A DNA stretch of 64,000 bases from a virus: the IMG/VR virus record IMGVR_UViG_3300010376_000033, positions 8,587-72,586 of that record; one strand, written 5' to 3'. The position numbers and the translations under genes were made by a program. The notes under the pieces were generated by a model. It ran no database searches and had not been told where the DNA came from. It saw only the letters and a program-made list of their open reading frames with translations. Below, one piece after another: positions 27,060 through 36,227 of this stretch. The stretch's first letter is position 1, and every line of letters begins with the position of its first letter.

Positions 27060-27434
27060 ATGGCAGACTCCAAACAAGACCGGGCGCTGGCCTCGGCCAA
27101 TAGCGCCATGGCCATCAGCCAACAGCTGTCCGCCCTGCGCGCCAGCATCAACCAGTACATGACCCAGTTTTCGTCGGAGCAATACGCCGACATCTGGGAG
27201 CAGCTGCAAACCGTACCGCTCAATGCCGACGGCTCGCTGGGCACCAACCCGGACACCACGCCCAATAATAATAACCCCATCAACGCCCCCCACTATCCGG
27301 GCCTCAACCGCGCCGTAACGCCGCAAAATCTGGTGGATGCGGTCAATATGTTCGTGCAGCTACAGAACTTCTTTACCAACCAGGCCGTGACCTCCGGGAA
27401 TTACAACACCGTCATTGACCACCTGACAGCCTGA
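27060..27434 (+). CDS. Hypothetical protein
   Basis: GAGGAG RBS; TGATG overlap with the next gene. Confidence 0.65.
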   Translation: MADSKQDRALASANSAMAISQQLSALRASINQYMTQFSSEQYADIWEQLQTVPLNADGSLGTNPDTTPNNNNPINAPHYPGLNRAVTPQNLVDAVNMFVQLQNFFTNQAVTSGNYNTVIDHLTA

Positions 27435-28792
27435 TGGCAATTGCTTGGCCAGATCTGGACGTCGCCCAACCTATCAACAAAAACCAGCCGCTCAACTTAA
27501 ATAGGACGGCCTGGTGGCTGGGCATCCCGCAGCGCGCCGGCGGGCCGGCCTGGTATGACCTCGTGCAGGGCCGCCCTGCCACCCTGTCGGGGTTTACGAG
27601 CGGCTTCGGCTGGTCCACGCGCAGCAATCTCCAGGGCGGAACCAGCATCTTGTTCTCAACCGCCGCCAGCAACCAGGTGACAGCGGCGACGAAATCACTC
27701 GTTTCCGGCGCGGCCAATTATACCTGGTTTGCCTGGGTCAAACCGACAACTTCCATCACCGCCAACCGCTACATCTGGGGCGAGCGGCCGGTGACGGGCA
27801 ACTGGATGAGCCGCCTGTCGCTCATCAGTACCGCCTCCGGCGTCACCACCTCCTTTCCTTTTGGCTCGGTGGTGGGCGGGCTGATCTTTACCGTCCGCGA
27901 TGACGCCGGCAACCTGACACAATTCGGCTCGACAGACGCTTTGAACGATGGCAACTGGCACTTCGTGGCCGGCGTGCGCAACAACACCCAGGCGGCGGTG
28001 TACTGGTCCCTGGGCCAGGCCCTAAAGGGTTCGGGCTACGGCAATTTCATAGCCGCCACGGGCACGACGACCAGTAGCGCCGCGATTTTGTCACTGGGCT
28101 ATGACGCTGCCAACGCCGGCATTACCTTCGACGGGGCCATCAGCGAGGCCGGCCTGTTCTTGCAGGCGCTGTCCTCAGACCAGATCCTCGCCCTATTCCT
28201 GGAATCCCAGCAGGGCTATCCGAACTTGCTCAACTGGCGCGAGCTGGAGACGGTCCAGAACCTCGTGCCGGCCAACCTGAGAATGACGCAGGAAGCCGTC
28301 CGCGTCCTGGTCCAGCCCACGGACATGAACTTGCGCCTGACGCAGCTGGCCATCCGCTTGCTGGTCGCCAATCCGCCGGCACCGTCGTTTTCCAGCACGG
28401 TTTTTTCCAGCACCACCTTGTCCAGCACCCTGGGGCCTAGTTATGCCTCGTCGCCGGCGCCCAGCCCGACCAGTCCGGCCGCCAGCCCAGCCCCTTCCGT
28501 GCCCAGCGGGCCCAGCCAGCCGTCGGCGGCGCCGTCGCCGTCGAAGGCGTCCCAAGCCTTGCCCTCCCCGGGCGTGCCGGGCCTCTTTCGGATCAAGCTG
28601 TTTACCGAAAATGGCGCCTTCGTCGATCGCGTCGATGTGCCCTGGCCCATTCCGCCCTTGCTCCTTTATAAGGGGGTCTACTATGTGTACTCGGAATGGA
28701 TTTACTCGCGCTATGTGCGCGCGACTCCCTTGCAAGTCTTCGACGATAGCGGCCAGGCGCCGCTTTCCCATGTGACGTTTCCAGAGTTTTAA
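27434..28792 (+). CDS. LamG/concanavalin-A-like domain protein with Ser/Pro linker and a duplicated C-terminal domain
   Basis: YTWFAWVKPT, LNDGNWHFVAGVR, FDGAISEAGLFLQALS; Ser/Pro tract; last 69 aa paralogous to 45520..45768. Confidence 0.75.
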   Translation: MAIAWPDLDVAQPINKNQPLNLNRTAWWLGIPQRAGGPAWYDLVQGRPATLSGFTSGFGWSTRSNLQGGTSILFSTAASNQVTAATKSLVSGAANYTWFAWVKPTTSITANRYIWGERPVTGNWMSRLSLISTASGVTTSFPFGSVVGGLIFTVRDDAGNLTQFGSTDALNDGNWHFVAGVRNNTQAAVYWSLGQALKGSGYGNFIAATGTTTSSAAILSLGYDAANAGITFDGAISEAGLFLQALSSDQILALFLESQQGYPNLLNWRELETVQNLVPANLRMTQEAVRVLVQPTDMNLRLTQLAIRLLVANPPAPSFSSTVFSSTTLSSTLGPSYASSPAPSPTSPAASPAPSVPSGPSQPSAAPSPSKASQALPSPGVPGLFRIKLFTENGAFVDRVDVPWPIPPLLLYKGVYYVYSEWIYSRYVRATPLQVFDDSGQAPLSHVTFPEF

Positions 28793-28809
28793 CAACAAGG
28801 ACCACACGA

Positions 28810-29016
28810 ATGACTAGCCAACCCGAAGCCCGCATTATTGCTCGCCAAACCGCCGACGGCCGCACGGAGATTTCCGTCTACGAGCCCGAGCGTAGCCGCG
28901 AACACCGTACCGGCTGGACCGAAGGCCAGGCCACGGCAGAGGCCAAAATCCGCGAGCTAAAAGATAAGTTAGAGAGCCGCGGCCATCATGTGACCGTCAC
29001 CGAGATCAGCCGCTAG
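28810..29016 (+). CDS. Hypothetical protein
   Basis: AAGGA RBS. Confidence 0.55.
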   Translation: MTSQPEARIIARQTADGRTEISVYEPERSREHRTGWTEGQATAEAKIRELKDKLESRGHHVTVTEISR

Positions 29017-29024
29017 GAGTTGTG

Positions 29025-30029
29025 ATGGCTACCGAGCTGTTCGCCAACAACTTCACGACGACCCTGACCGCCACCATCAGCAGCGGCCAAACGTCCGTGG
29101 TGCTGGCCAGCCCGGTGCCCAGCGGCCTGCGCATGGCCGGCCAATGGCGGCTCCAGATCGACAGTGAATTGCTGCTGGTGACGGCCGTGGCCGGCGACTT
29201 CGTTACTTGCACCGTGACGCGCGGCAGCGAGGGCACAACGGCGGCGGCTCATAATGCCGGCGCTCCTTGCACGCATATCTTGACGGCCGGCGCTATAACG
29301 AACCTAACGGCTGGTGCCGGCGGCAGCATCAGCGCGGGCGCTTACCTGGGCCGGCCCAGTGCCGGCAGCGCCGGCCGGCTTTATGTGTGTAGCGACATCC
29401 CCGTGCAATTCCTGGACAACGGCACGACCTGGGACGCCCAGGTCAAGGGCCAGTTCGTGGCCAGCGCCACCATCCCGACCCAGAGCGGCTGGACGTGGAA
29501 CAATCAGCAGGCCACGACCTGGGCCACGACCAAGGCGGGCTTATGGATTCAGGGTGATACCACCTATCACGGTCTGAACGCCGTGGCCTGGCCCTGGGCA
29601 GTCAACAAGACCTTGTTGGCCTTGGCCTGCTTTACGCCGCAAAACCGAGGCAACCACAACGGCTGGCTGGGCGGCATTTATCTGGGCAATACCACAGCGC
29701 CGGGAGCCGCTTACTGTTTGGGCATGTACAATTTGCCGCCGCCCAATATCACGGGGGCGTATTTTTCTACGATCACCGGCGGCTGGGCCAACAACTTGAA
29801 TAATAACGATGCCACGGTGTGGCCGGTCGGCGATTATGTGTGGATCAAGTGCTGGGACAGTGCCGGCTTCTTTAATATGGCCACCTCGCGCAATGGCTTC
29901 GATTGGGAGTTGATCTATAATGTCGGCGACACCTTCGGCAACGCCTGGGGCACGGGTGTCACGCCCAACCAAATCGGCGTGGGCGTGGCCCAGGTCAATT
30001 GCCATCTGTTATCCTGGCAAGTGTTCTAG
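29025..30029 (+). CDS. Putative structural / fibre-like protein
   Basis: TTTLTATISS...IDSELLLVTAV...VTRGSEGTTAAAHNAGA is a recurrent phage tail-protein pattern; beta-rich C-terminus. Confidence 0.6.
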   Translation: MATELFANNFTTTLTATISSGQTSVVLASPVPSGLRMAGQWRLQIDSELLLVTAVAGDFVTCTVTRGSEGTTAAAHNAGAPCTHILTAGAITNLTAGAGGSISAGAYLGRPSAGSAGRLYVCSDIPVQFLDNGTTWDAQVKGQFVASATIPTQSGWTWNNQQATTWATTKAGLWIQGDTTYHGLNAVAWPWAVNKTLLALACFTPQNRGNHNGWLGGIYLGNTTAPGAAYCLGMYNLPPPNITGAYFSTITGGWANNLNNNDATVWPVGDYVWIKCWDSAGFFNMATSRNGFDWELIYNVGDTFGNAWGTGVTPNQIGVGVAQVNCHLLSWQVF

Positions 30030-30034
30030 GAGCA

Positions 30035-30217
30035 ATGAGCATGTTCACGGGCAGCCTGGGCACGACCAAAAGTCAGCCGGGCAACATCATCCTGGCTTAC
30101 CTGCCGCCGCCGCCCCTGGGACTGAGCAGCGAAACCATCGTCGATGTGGTCGCTATTGGCGACGCCTGGGATAGTCCGGGCCTGGACGATCCTGTCGATC
30201 TCATCAGCGAGGGCTAA
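30035..30217 (+). CDS. Hypothetical protein
   Basis: AGGAG RBS; TAAATG junction to the next gene. Confidence 0.45.
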   Translation: MSMFTGSLGTTKSQPGNIILAYLPPPPLGLSSETIVDVVAIGDAWDSPGLDDPVDLISEG

Positions 30218-30547
30218 ATGGCCGTGCCCATCGTGTACAACAACGGCTTCGCCACCACCGGGCTGGCGACCTACGCGCTGGGCTCCCAGGTCAACTTTCT
30301 GATCCGGCCGCTCTTGAATGGCCTGCCCTGGGACCTAACGGGCGGCTCGGCCAGTCTCTATCTAGCCGATCCCGACGGCCAGATCACCACCTTGACGGCC
30401 CAGATACTGGGCATGGCCGCCCAGGTGACGTGGCTGGCGGCGGGCACGCCGGGCACCTGGACCAGGGCCTGGCTCCTGGGCGACAAGAATAATATTTCCA
30501 AAAAGACCTTGCCGATTGGCTTTGGTTTGCTATTATCACCTAGGTAG
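30218..30547 (+). CDS. Putative structural protein (BppU-like Ig-type)
   Basis: NGLPWDLTGGSASLYLADPDG...GTWTRAW pattern. Confidence 0.45.
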   Translation: MAVPIVYNNGFATTGLATYALGSQVNFLIRPLLNGLPWDLTGGSASLYLADPDGQITTLTAQILGMAAQVTWLAAGTPGTWTRAWLLGDKNNISKKTLPIGFGLLLSPR

Positions 30548-30550
30548 ACA

Positions 30551-30565
30551 CTTGACCGCTCAAGC
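30551..30565. promoter_or_regulatory. Operator-like site upstream of the KGG gene
   Basis: CTTGACCGCTCAAGC, one mismatch to the palindrome at 30745. Confidence 0.55.
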
Positions 30566-30578
30566 AAAGGAGAGCGCC

Positions 30579-30743
30579 ATGGCCCGCAACGTCAAATCCA
30601 GCCTGGCGGCCGCCGCCAAGCTACTGGGCAAAAAGGGCGGCAAGAAAGGCGGCCCGGCTCGGGCCCGCGTCTTGACCCAGGTGCAGCGCAGCCGCATCGC
30701 CAGCCTGGGCGGGCAGGCCAAGGCGGCCAAAAAGGGTGCTTGA
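30579..30743 (+). CDS. Small basic KGG-type protein
   Basis: AAAKLLGKKGGKKGGPARARVLTQVQRSRIASLGGQA; AAGGAG RBS. Confidence 0.7.
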   Translation: MARNVKSSLAAAAKLLGKKGGKKGGPARARVLTQVQRSRIASLGGQAKAAKKGA

Positions 30744-30744
30744 C

Positions 30745-30760
30745 GCTTGAGCGCTCAAGC
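30745..30760. promoter_or_regulatory. Perfect 16-bp palindrome, operator-like
   Basis: GCTTGAGCGCTCAAGC just after the KGG gene stop. Confidence 0.6.
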
Positions 30761-30893
30761 ACAAAGCGCTGCCGCCCAGGGCCGCCTGCCCCGCTCAGGA
30801 ATGAACGACCGTACATATCAAAATCCCTGACACACCGGCACCCTTGGATATGACGATACGTTTGGACATAGGGCGAGAGTAAAGGCAAGAGCG

Positions 30894-31118
30894 ATGGGTT
30901 ATAGCAATGTCCAGGTTGGGAGCGGAACGTTCGGCAAGGTCCTCGCTCGCCTGCGTTTTGAGCGCGGCTTAACCTTAATCCAGCTAGGCGAAGTCAGTGG
31001 TCTATCGTGGTCGATGATTAGCCGGATTGAACGCGGACAGCGTGAACCCTCTTTCGCCGTTGCTTGCGCTCTAGCCGATGGACTCGGGGTTCCCCTGGAC
31101 ACGTTCCGCTCCCAGTGA
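30894..31118 (+). CDS. XRE/Cro-C1 helix-turn-helix regulator
   Basis: FGKVLARLRFERGLTLIQLGEVSGLSWSMISRIERGQREPS...LADGLGV. Confidence 0.93.
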   Translation: MGYSNVQVGSGTFGKVLARLRFERGLTLIQLGEVSGLSWSMISRIERGQREPSFAVACALADGLGVPLDTFRSQ

Positions 31119-31163
31119 AGTCTGCCTTCACTGTCCCTTCGCGATTTCCTACCTTCCTTATCT

Positions 31164-31213
31164 CTAGAGTGGTAAATGATTGGCCAATTGGCCAATTACT
31201 TACCACCCTCTAG
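31164..31213. repeat. About 50-bp near-perfect loopless palindrome
   Basis: Perfect 18-bp core ATTGGCCAATTGGCCAAT (31179-31196), extended by GTGGTAA/TTACCAC and CTAGA/TCTAG. Confidence 0.8.
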
Positions 31214-31467
31214 GCAACTTTTTTGCCATATTGTCTACCCTTTAAGTCTCATATAGGCCGATTGTTAAGGAAAGCAAGCGCGGTTAACGCTCCGGCGTTA
31301 AGCGTTGTTGCTTGCCGTTAACACGGCGGCCGCTCTAGCTCCCTTATCCACGCGAGATAGGCGTTTTCCGCAGAGAAAACGCACTAGATTGGACACTTGG
31401 CACAATGGTTGCATAAGAGAATGACCCCGCAACGGGGATGACGAAAACCACAAATAGGAGTAGGACC

Positions 31468-31992
31468 ATGAACCAGACTCAACCCATTGTGACTCTTGAA
31501 CCCACCAAGAACGGCAAGCGTCCGCGCTTGGCCAAGCGCGCCCTTGTCCAAGCTATCAACACGAAGACCGCTAAGAGGACCGCAAGCCGGAAGCTGACGC
31601 ATCGCCAGCGCGTTGCTACGGCTATCGGTCTCGTTGCAACGGCCGTCCTCGCTCTCTCGCTCTGGCATTGTACGGAGGCTTTGTCGGTCCTCACCGGAAC
31701 CCATCTTGCCCTTGCCGCACTACTGGCAATCGGCATCGACGCGGGTTTAGTGGCTTGTGAGCTAGGAACCATCGTCGGCGATGGAGACGGACGGATATGG
31801 GCCCAAACCTACGTCTACCTTGCCGTCCTTCTCTCCATCGGTCTGAACGCCTACGGTACTGCCATTCACGCACCACAAGGCTTAGCATGGTTCGCATCCC
31901 TTGCTGGCGGAGTTATCCCCGTCCTCATCTATCTCGGCTTTCGCGCCGCTGGCCATTTATGGCGCGATAAGCCTCTTGCCGTTGCAAGCTAA
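31468..31992 (+). CDS. Multi-pass membrane protein (DUF2637-like)
   Basis: Basic N-terminus then four hydrophobic helices with AIGIDAG and SIGLNA. Confidence 0.7.
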   Translation: MNQTQPIVTLEPTKNGKRPRLAKRALVQAINTKTAKRTASRKLTHRQRVATAIGLVATAVLALSLWHCTEALSVLTGTHLALAALLAIGIDAGLVACELGTIVGDGDGRIWAQTYVYLAVLLSIGLNAYGTAIHAPQGLAWFASLAGGVIPVLIYLGFRAAGHLWRDKPLAVAS

Positions 31993-32008
31993 CATCCGGC
32001 TTCCACAT

Positions 32009-32039
32009 ACCCGGTCCTGTCCCTGAGAGAGGACCGGGT
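32009..32039 (+). terminator. Intergenic hairpin (terminator or processing site)
   Basis: ACCCGGTCCT/AGGACCGGGT 10-bp stem. Confidence 0.5.
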
Positions 32040-32067
32040 TTCAACCCTTTTCTAGGAGTGTCTTGCC

Positions 32068-32253
32068 GTGACCGACTCTGTTGTTCGCTTAGATGTCCTT
32101 GCTGCATTCCTTAACCAGCACGATGGCGGTTTCGCCTACGTCGATGGCGATGCCGTTTGCGTGCAAACCGAATGCATCATCAATGGTGAATTCGTCCGGC
32201 GGATCGATACGGTTCGCACCTGGACAGAAGCAAAGATCCTACTCGGCTACTAA
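32068..32253 (+). CDS. Hypothetical protein
   Basis: AGGAG RBS, GTG start. Confidence 0.55.
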   Translation: MTDSVVRLDVLAAFLNQHDGGFAYVDGDAVCVQTECIINGEFVRRIDTVRTWTEAKILLGY

Positions 32254-32289
32254 CCTTTCCAACCCTTCGCCCAAACGGGAGTGTTCCCC

Positions 32290-34089
32290 ATGACCAATAC
32301 TGCATTGTGGACCCTGGAAGCCAGCGCGGACAACGCCAGAGGCATACTGGGGGCCTACACGCAAAACGAGTGTTCCGAATGGCCTACTTGTGTACGCCAT
32401 TACCTGTGCGCCAAGCAATCCCTTATCAACGCTCTAGACAGCACAACCGGACGGCGTGTCTTACCGGTCACCTACCATCCCGACGGAGACCAGATCGCGG
32501 ATGCTTGGCGCCATGCCCTGGACAGTGGCGCCCTTGCTGGCGCCATGGAGGACCTCAACCGCGCGGAACTAAATCACGTCAACAACCCGACGGCCGAAAG
32601 CGCAACGGCGCTAACCAAAAAGCAACAAGCCTATGCTCGCCTTGTCCAGGCGCAAGCTGCCCTGATCGAATTCCGCTCGAATGTGACCTGCGCTGATTTG
32701 AGCGCGGGAAAACTATCCGCCAACTATGATGGCTGGTATCCGCCACTTGCCAAGATCGTCCGCGCTGGCATGAGCATTTCCCGCGCCCTGGGTGCCTTAC
32801 TCCGCCATCGGGGTATGTCGGCCGACGAAGCTAGCGCCGTGGTCGATGCCGTCCAGACCGCGGCGGCGCCGAAGCCTACGCAAGGGTTCCTTGTCCTGTC
32901 CGCCAACATTCTCGACTTCCTCTTGGTCTCCGAAAGCGCCTGTTACACCACTTGCCACGGTCTAGACGGTAGCTATCGCGCTGGGGTCCTCCAATACCTG
33001 TATGACTCTTGCTCCCTCATCGCCTATTACTATGAGACGGAGCGCGCTTGTCTCCTTGGAGCGCGCGGACACAAACTGACGCACAACTTGCCCTTCAAAC
33101 TCTGGCGCCAAATGGTCTATGTTGACACGGACCATAGCGCCGCCGCGCTACAACGCCACTACCCCCATTGCCGCGCTATTCCCGAATCCCTCCATACAAC
33201 CGTGCGCCGCGAAGTGGCCAAGCTGCTACTTCGTCTCCAGGGCAAGCCGGACGATTCCTGTAAGTGGAAGCTAGCCACGAACGCCGAAGATGCACACATC
33301 GCTCGCGGCGCGCAGCTAGGCTATCTCGATCATACCGAACATTACGTGAGTCTGGACAGCGAACGACCGCGCATTCAACTCGCTCCGCGCGTCTACTGTC
33401 CGGCATGCGCAGGCAAGCTCTGCGAAAGCTCACAACTTCTCTGCGATCATTGCCTTTGCCCTCATCGGTGTGATGCGTGCAACGCGGCGCTAGATGAAGA
33501 GGATTGCTATAACGTCGATGATTCGACTTATTGCTCCTCATGCTTCTACGAACATTATCAGACCTGCGTGCATTGTTGCGACGACACACCGATCGATGAT
33601 GTGGTTTACTGCGGTCCGCGCCATCGTCCCTACTGCTCCGATTGCGCCGATCAATTTTTCCCCGAGTGCAATGAGTGTTCCGAGCGCTATGCAGAGGACG
33701 CACTAGACGAAGATGGTCATTGTCCCGAATGCACGCACTACCAGAGTTGCGAAGGGTGCAACGAGCGCACGCACCAAGAAGACTTGGATAGCAACGGCTA
33801 TTGTCCCGCCTGCGCGCAATGCGAGGAATGCTGCGAGGTTATCAACCGCTCCGATCTGTGCGACGGATCGATTCCCGATACCAACGGTTCGTGCCAATCT
33901 TGCGCCGAACAACAAGCCCTCCGTCTCCGTCTCGCTATGCGCCTCATCCGCTCTCCCCTCTACCAACGTACGCCCCTCCACGCGCAACAACGCTGGCTAG
34001 AGCAAAAGTCTACAAACACAAACCCTACCTACCTGCCAACCCTCTTGACTCTCGCCCAAACCGCCCTCACCAACGGCCAAACCTACTAA
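32290..34089 (+). CDS. Large hypothetical protein with C-terminal poly-CxxC Zn-ribbon array
   Basis: More than ten CxxC motifs (CPAC, CDHC, CDAC, CSSC, CVHC, CSDC, CNEC, CPEC, CEGC, CPAC, CEEC, CQSC); GGAG RBS. Confidence 0.75.
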   Translation: MTNTALWTLEASADNARGILGAYTQNECSEWPTCVRHYLCAKQSLINALDSTTGRRVLPVTYHPDGDQIADAWRHALDSGALAGAMEDLNRAELNHVNNPTAESATALTKKQQAYARLVQAQAALIEFRSNVTCADLSAGKLSANYDGWYPPLAKIVRAGMSISRALGALLRHRGMSADEASAVVDAVQTAAAPKPTQGFLVLSANILDFLLVSESACYTTCHGLDGSYRAGVLQYLYDSCSLIAYYYETERACLLGARGHKLTHNLPFKLWRQMVYVDTDHSAAALQRHYPHCRAIPESLHTTVRREVAKLLLRLQGKPDDSCKWKLATNAEDAHIARGAQLGYLDHTEHYVSLDSERPRIQLAPRVYCPACAGKLCESSQLLCDHCLCPHRCDACNAALDEEDCYNVDDSTYCSSCFYEHYQTCVHCCDDTPIDDVVYCGPRHRPYCSDCADQFFPECNECSERYAEDALDEDGHCPECTHYQSCEGCNERTHQEDLDSNGYCPACAQCEECCEVINRSDLCDGSIPDTNGSCQSCAEQQALRLRLAMRLIRSPLYQRTPLHAQQRWLEQKSTNTNPTYLPTLLTLAQTALTNGQTY

Positions 34090-34112
34090 CCCCCCAAACC
34101 GGAGCGTCTACC

Positions 34113-34892
34113 ATGAACCTTGAACTTACCCCCCTGTTCCAAGAAATCTTCGCAGCAAGCAACGACGACGCGCAAAACCTCGCTGCCGATCTTCTCCAGC
34201 GCCATCACTACGCCGTTCAGCGTGGTCAATCCTACGTCTACGGCGAAGGAACCATTCCCATCCTCCTTGTTGCCCATACGGACATTATCCATCGCCAAGC
34301 GCCAACAACCCTTTACCATGACCCCGCCAAACACGTCGTCTGGTCCCCCACCGGACTAGGCGCCGACGATCGCGCCGGTGTCTATGCCATCGCCCTTCTC
34401 CTTGCTCAAGGCTATCGACCGCACATTCTCTTCCCCGACGAAGAGGAAACCGGCGGACACGGCGCACGCGAAGCCGCTGACTCGCTCCGTCCGGCCAACG
34501 TCCATTGCCTTCTTGAGCTAGACCGCATGAACCACAACGACGCCGTAACCTACCACTGTGACAACCCCGATTGGAACGACTGGCTTACACGACGCCACTT
34601 CCACCTCGCATGGGGGTCCTACACCGATATTTCCTCCCTTATGGCACCCTGGAACCTAGCCGGAGCAAACCTCTCCGTCGGCTACTATCGGCAACACACC
34701 TGCGGAGAATACCTCCGCCTAGATCAACTCGCCAAAACCGTCTCCCGTGTCGCACGCATCCTGCGCAACCCGCCCAAACAACCCTTTCCCTATATCCCTG
34801 AGGACATCTACCCCCAACAATCCCTTGCCCTGGAAGACTACGACGAAAACTACTTCCGTCGTCTCGACTGGCGAACCTCACGCTGGCACTAA
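34113..34892 (+). CDS. M28/M20-clan zinc peptidase
   Basis: LLVAHTD, LGADDRAG, FPDEEETGG, LELDR, YTDIS, NLSVGYY.QHT..EY. Confidence 0.85.
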   Translation: MNLELTPLFQEIFAASNDDAQNLAADLLQRHHYAVQRGQSYVYGEGTIPILLVAHTDIIHRQAPTTLYHDPAKHVVWSPTGLGADDRAGVYAIALLLAQGYRPHILFPDEEETGGHGAREAADSLRPANVHCLLELDRMNHNDAVTYHCDNPDWNDWLTRRHFHLAWGSYTDISSLMAPWNLAGANLSVGYYRQHTCGEYLRLDQLAKTVSRVARILRNPPKQPFPYIPEDIYPQQSLALEDYDENYFRRLDWRTSRWH

Positions 34893-34899
34893 CCCCCAC

Positions 34900-34929
34900 G
34901 GACCGCACAGAATCCCCTCTGTGCGGTCC
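34900..34929 (+). terminator. Intergenic hairpin
   Basis: GGACCGCACAGA/TCTGTGCGGTCC 12-bp stem, 6-nt loop. Confidence 0.55.
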
Positions 34930-34952
34930 TCTTTCCCGAAAGGACCCAAACC

Positions 34953-35252
34953 ATGTCCAGAAACGACCAACGCACCCTGGATGATCGTAGAACCCCCCAA
35001 GAGCGCTCCCAAACCATCCTCTACGCCGTTGCTACGGATTCCTTCCTCTCCGGTTGGGGCAATGCCCCCCTCCGCTCCCTCTATGCCGTCGCTTGCCCTA
35101 CCTATCCCATCGTCCTGGACATCCTCGCGCGCATGCGCCGGCGGACCGACTTCCAACGAGTCCGTCTTAACCTCTATCCGCCGACTGTCCGACCTGGAGA
35201 CCATTTAGCCATCGTCTGGTATACCGAATTCACCTACCATCCCGGAGTCTAA
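34953..35252 (+). CDS. Phage hypothetical protein
   Basis: AVATDSFLSGWGNA motif; AAGGA RBS. Confidence 0.6.
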   Translation: MSRNDQRTLDDRRTPQERSQTILYAVATDSFLSGWGNAPLRSLYAVACPTYPIVLDILARMRRRTDFQRVRLNLYPPTVRPGDHLAIVWYTEFTYHPGV

Positions 35253-35255
35253 CCT

Positions 35256-35465
35256 ATGTCCATGTCCGTCTTCATCCTCACCGATCCAACCGCAACCTAT
35301 TGGTGGTTGCGACAAGGCGGTTTCTCGCCCGTCTCCTACGGCAAACAACCCCTCGCTTTCGCGGACCGGTCCCAAGCGATGGAATACGCTGCCCTACTCC
35401 AACAACGCCTCCATGTCAAAGCACAACCCCTACGCCTCTCCCTTCCCGGAGAACGGAAACGCTAA
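35256..35465 (+). CDS. Hypothetical protein
   Basis: GGAG RBS. Confidence 0.5.
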   Translation: MSMSVFILTDPTATYWWLRQGGFSPVSYGKQPLAFADRSQAMEYAALLQQRLHVKAQPLRLSLPGERKR

Positions 35466-35503
35466 AAACGGCCCTACCGACGGCCGCTTGTGCCCCAGGC
35501 GCG

Positions 35504-35540
35504 AACCTCGCAAGGGTCTCTCCCCTGCGAGGTTTCTTTA
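35504..35540 (+). terminator. Intrinsic terminator ending the putative early region
   Basis: AACCTCGCA/TGCGAGGTT stem followed by TCTTTATTT. Confidence 0.6.
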
Positions 35541-35562
35541 TTTAATCAGAAAACGGACTACC

Positions 35563-35661
35563 CTCGACTGGGGAACCAGAGGCATGATAGCCAGTCTTGA
35601 CAGGGGAACGCGAAACGTGATACCCGCTCTTGACAGGGGAACGCGAGACGTGGTAGCATCG
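35563..35661 (+). promoter_or_regulatory. Three tandem 33-bp promoter-like repeats
   Basis: Copies at 35563, 35596, 35629; copies 2 and 3 begin CTTGACAGGGGAACGCGA; copy 3 has TG-n-TAGCAT 18 nt after TTGACA. Confidence 0.7.
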
Positions 35662-35669
35662 CGCTCACC

Positions 35670-36227
35670 ATGCCATACCGACTCGATAAGCGCGATGGGA
35701 TAACAGGGCTGGTTCTCCAGCAACCAAACCGTCTGGAAAATGGCCTCCAAGAAGCGCATACCGCGCTCGCGAGAGGATGGAAACTTAACGATAAGCAGCG
35801 TAAGAGGATAGTGCAAATTGCCTATCGTTTAGCCAACGACACGTCAGCCCGGTGGAAAGACCGCGTTCAGGCAATGCGTATCCTACTCATGGCCGATTCC
35901 CTGGACATCCGTAGGGAACGCAACGACCAAGATGCATCCCACCAAGAGGATTCTACCCAAGTAGCCCGCATGAGGGCAATACTAGATTCCACAGACCCCA
36001 CCATTCGCGCTGCCCTGGAGGCACTACGCCACAAACTCACAACCGAAAACCTCAACTCAAACTCTCCTTTGAGTACCGTACTGATTAATCCGTTGTCAAG
36101 AGCAATTTCTCCACCTACCACACAACAAAGCAATAATCCCTCTAATGACAATACTCTCATATCCACATATCCCGATACCCAACCCCCTGCGCTCCCAGGA
36201 CAACCCGACCAGGACCTGGGGGCTTAG
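35670..36227 (+). CDS. Putative terminase small subunit
   Basis: Position directly upstream of terL, helical N-terminal part, low-complexity tail; no diagnostic motif. Confidence 0.45.
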   Translation: MPYRLDKRDGITGLVLQQPNRLENGLQEAHTALARGWKLNDKQRKRIVQIAYRLANDTSARWKDRVQAMRILLMADSLDIRRERNDQDASHQEDSTQVARMRAILDSTDPTIRAALEALRHKLTTENLNSNSPLSTVLINPLSRAISPPTTQQSNNPSNDNTLISTYPDTQPPALPGQPDQDLGA

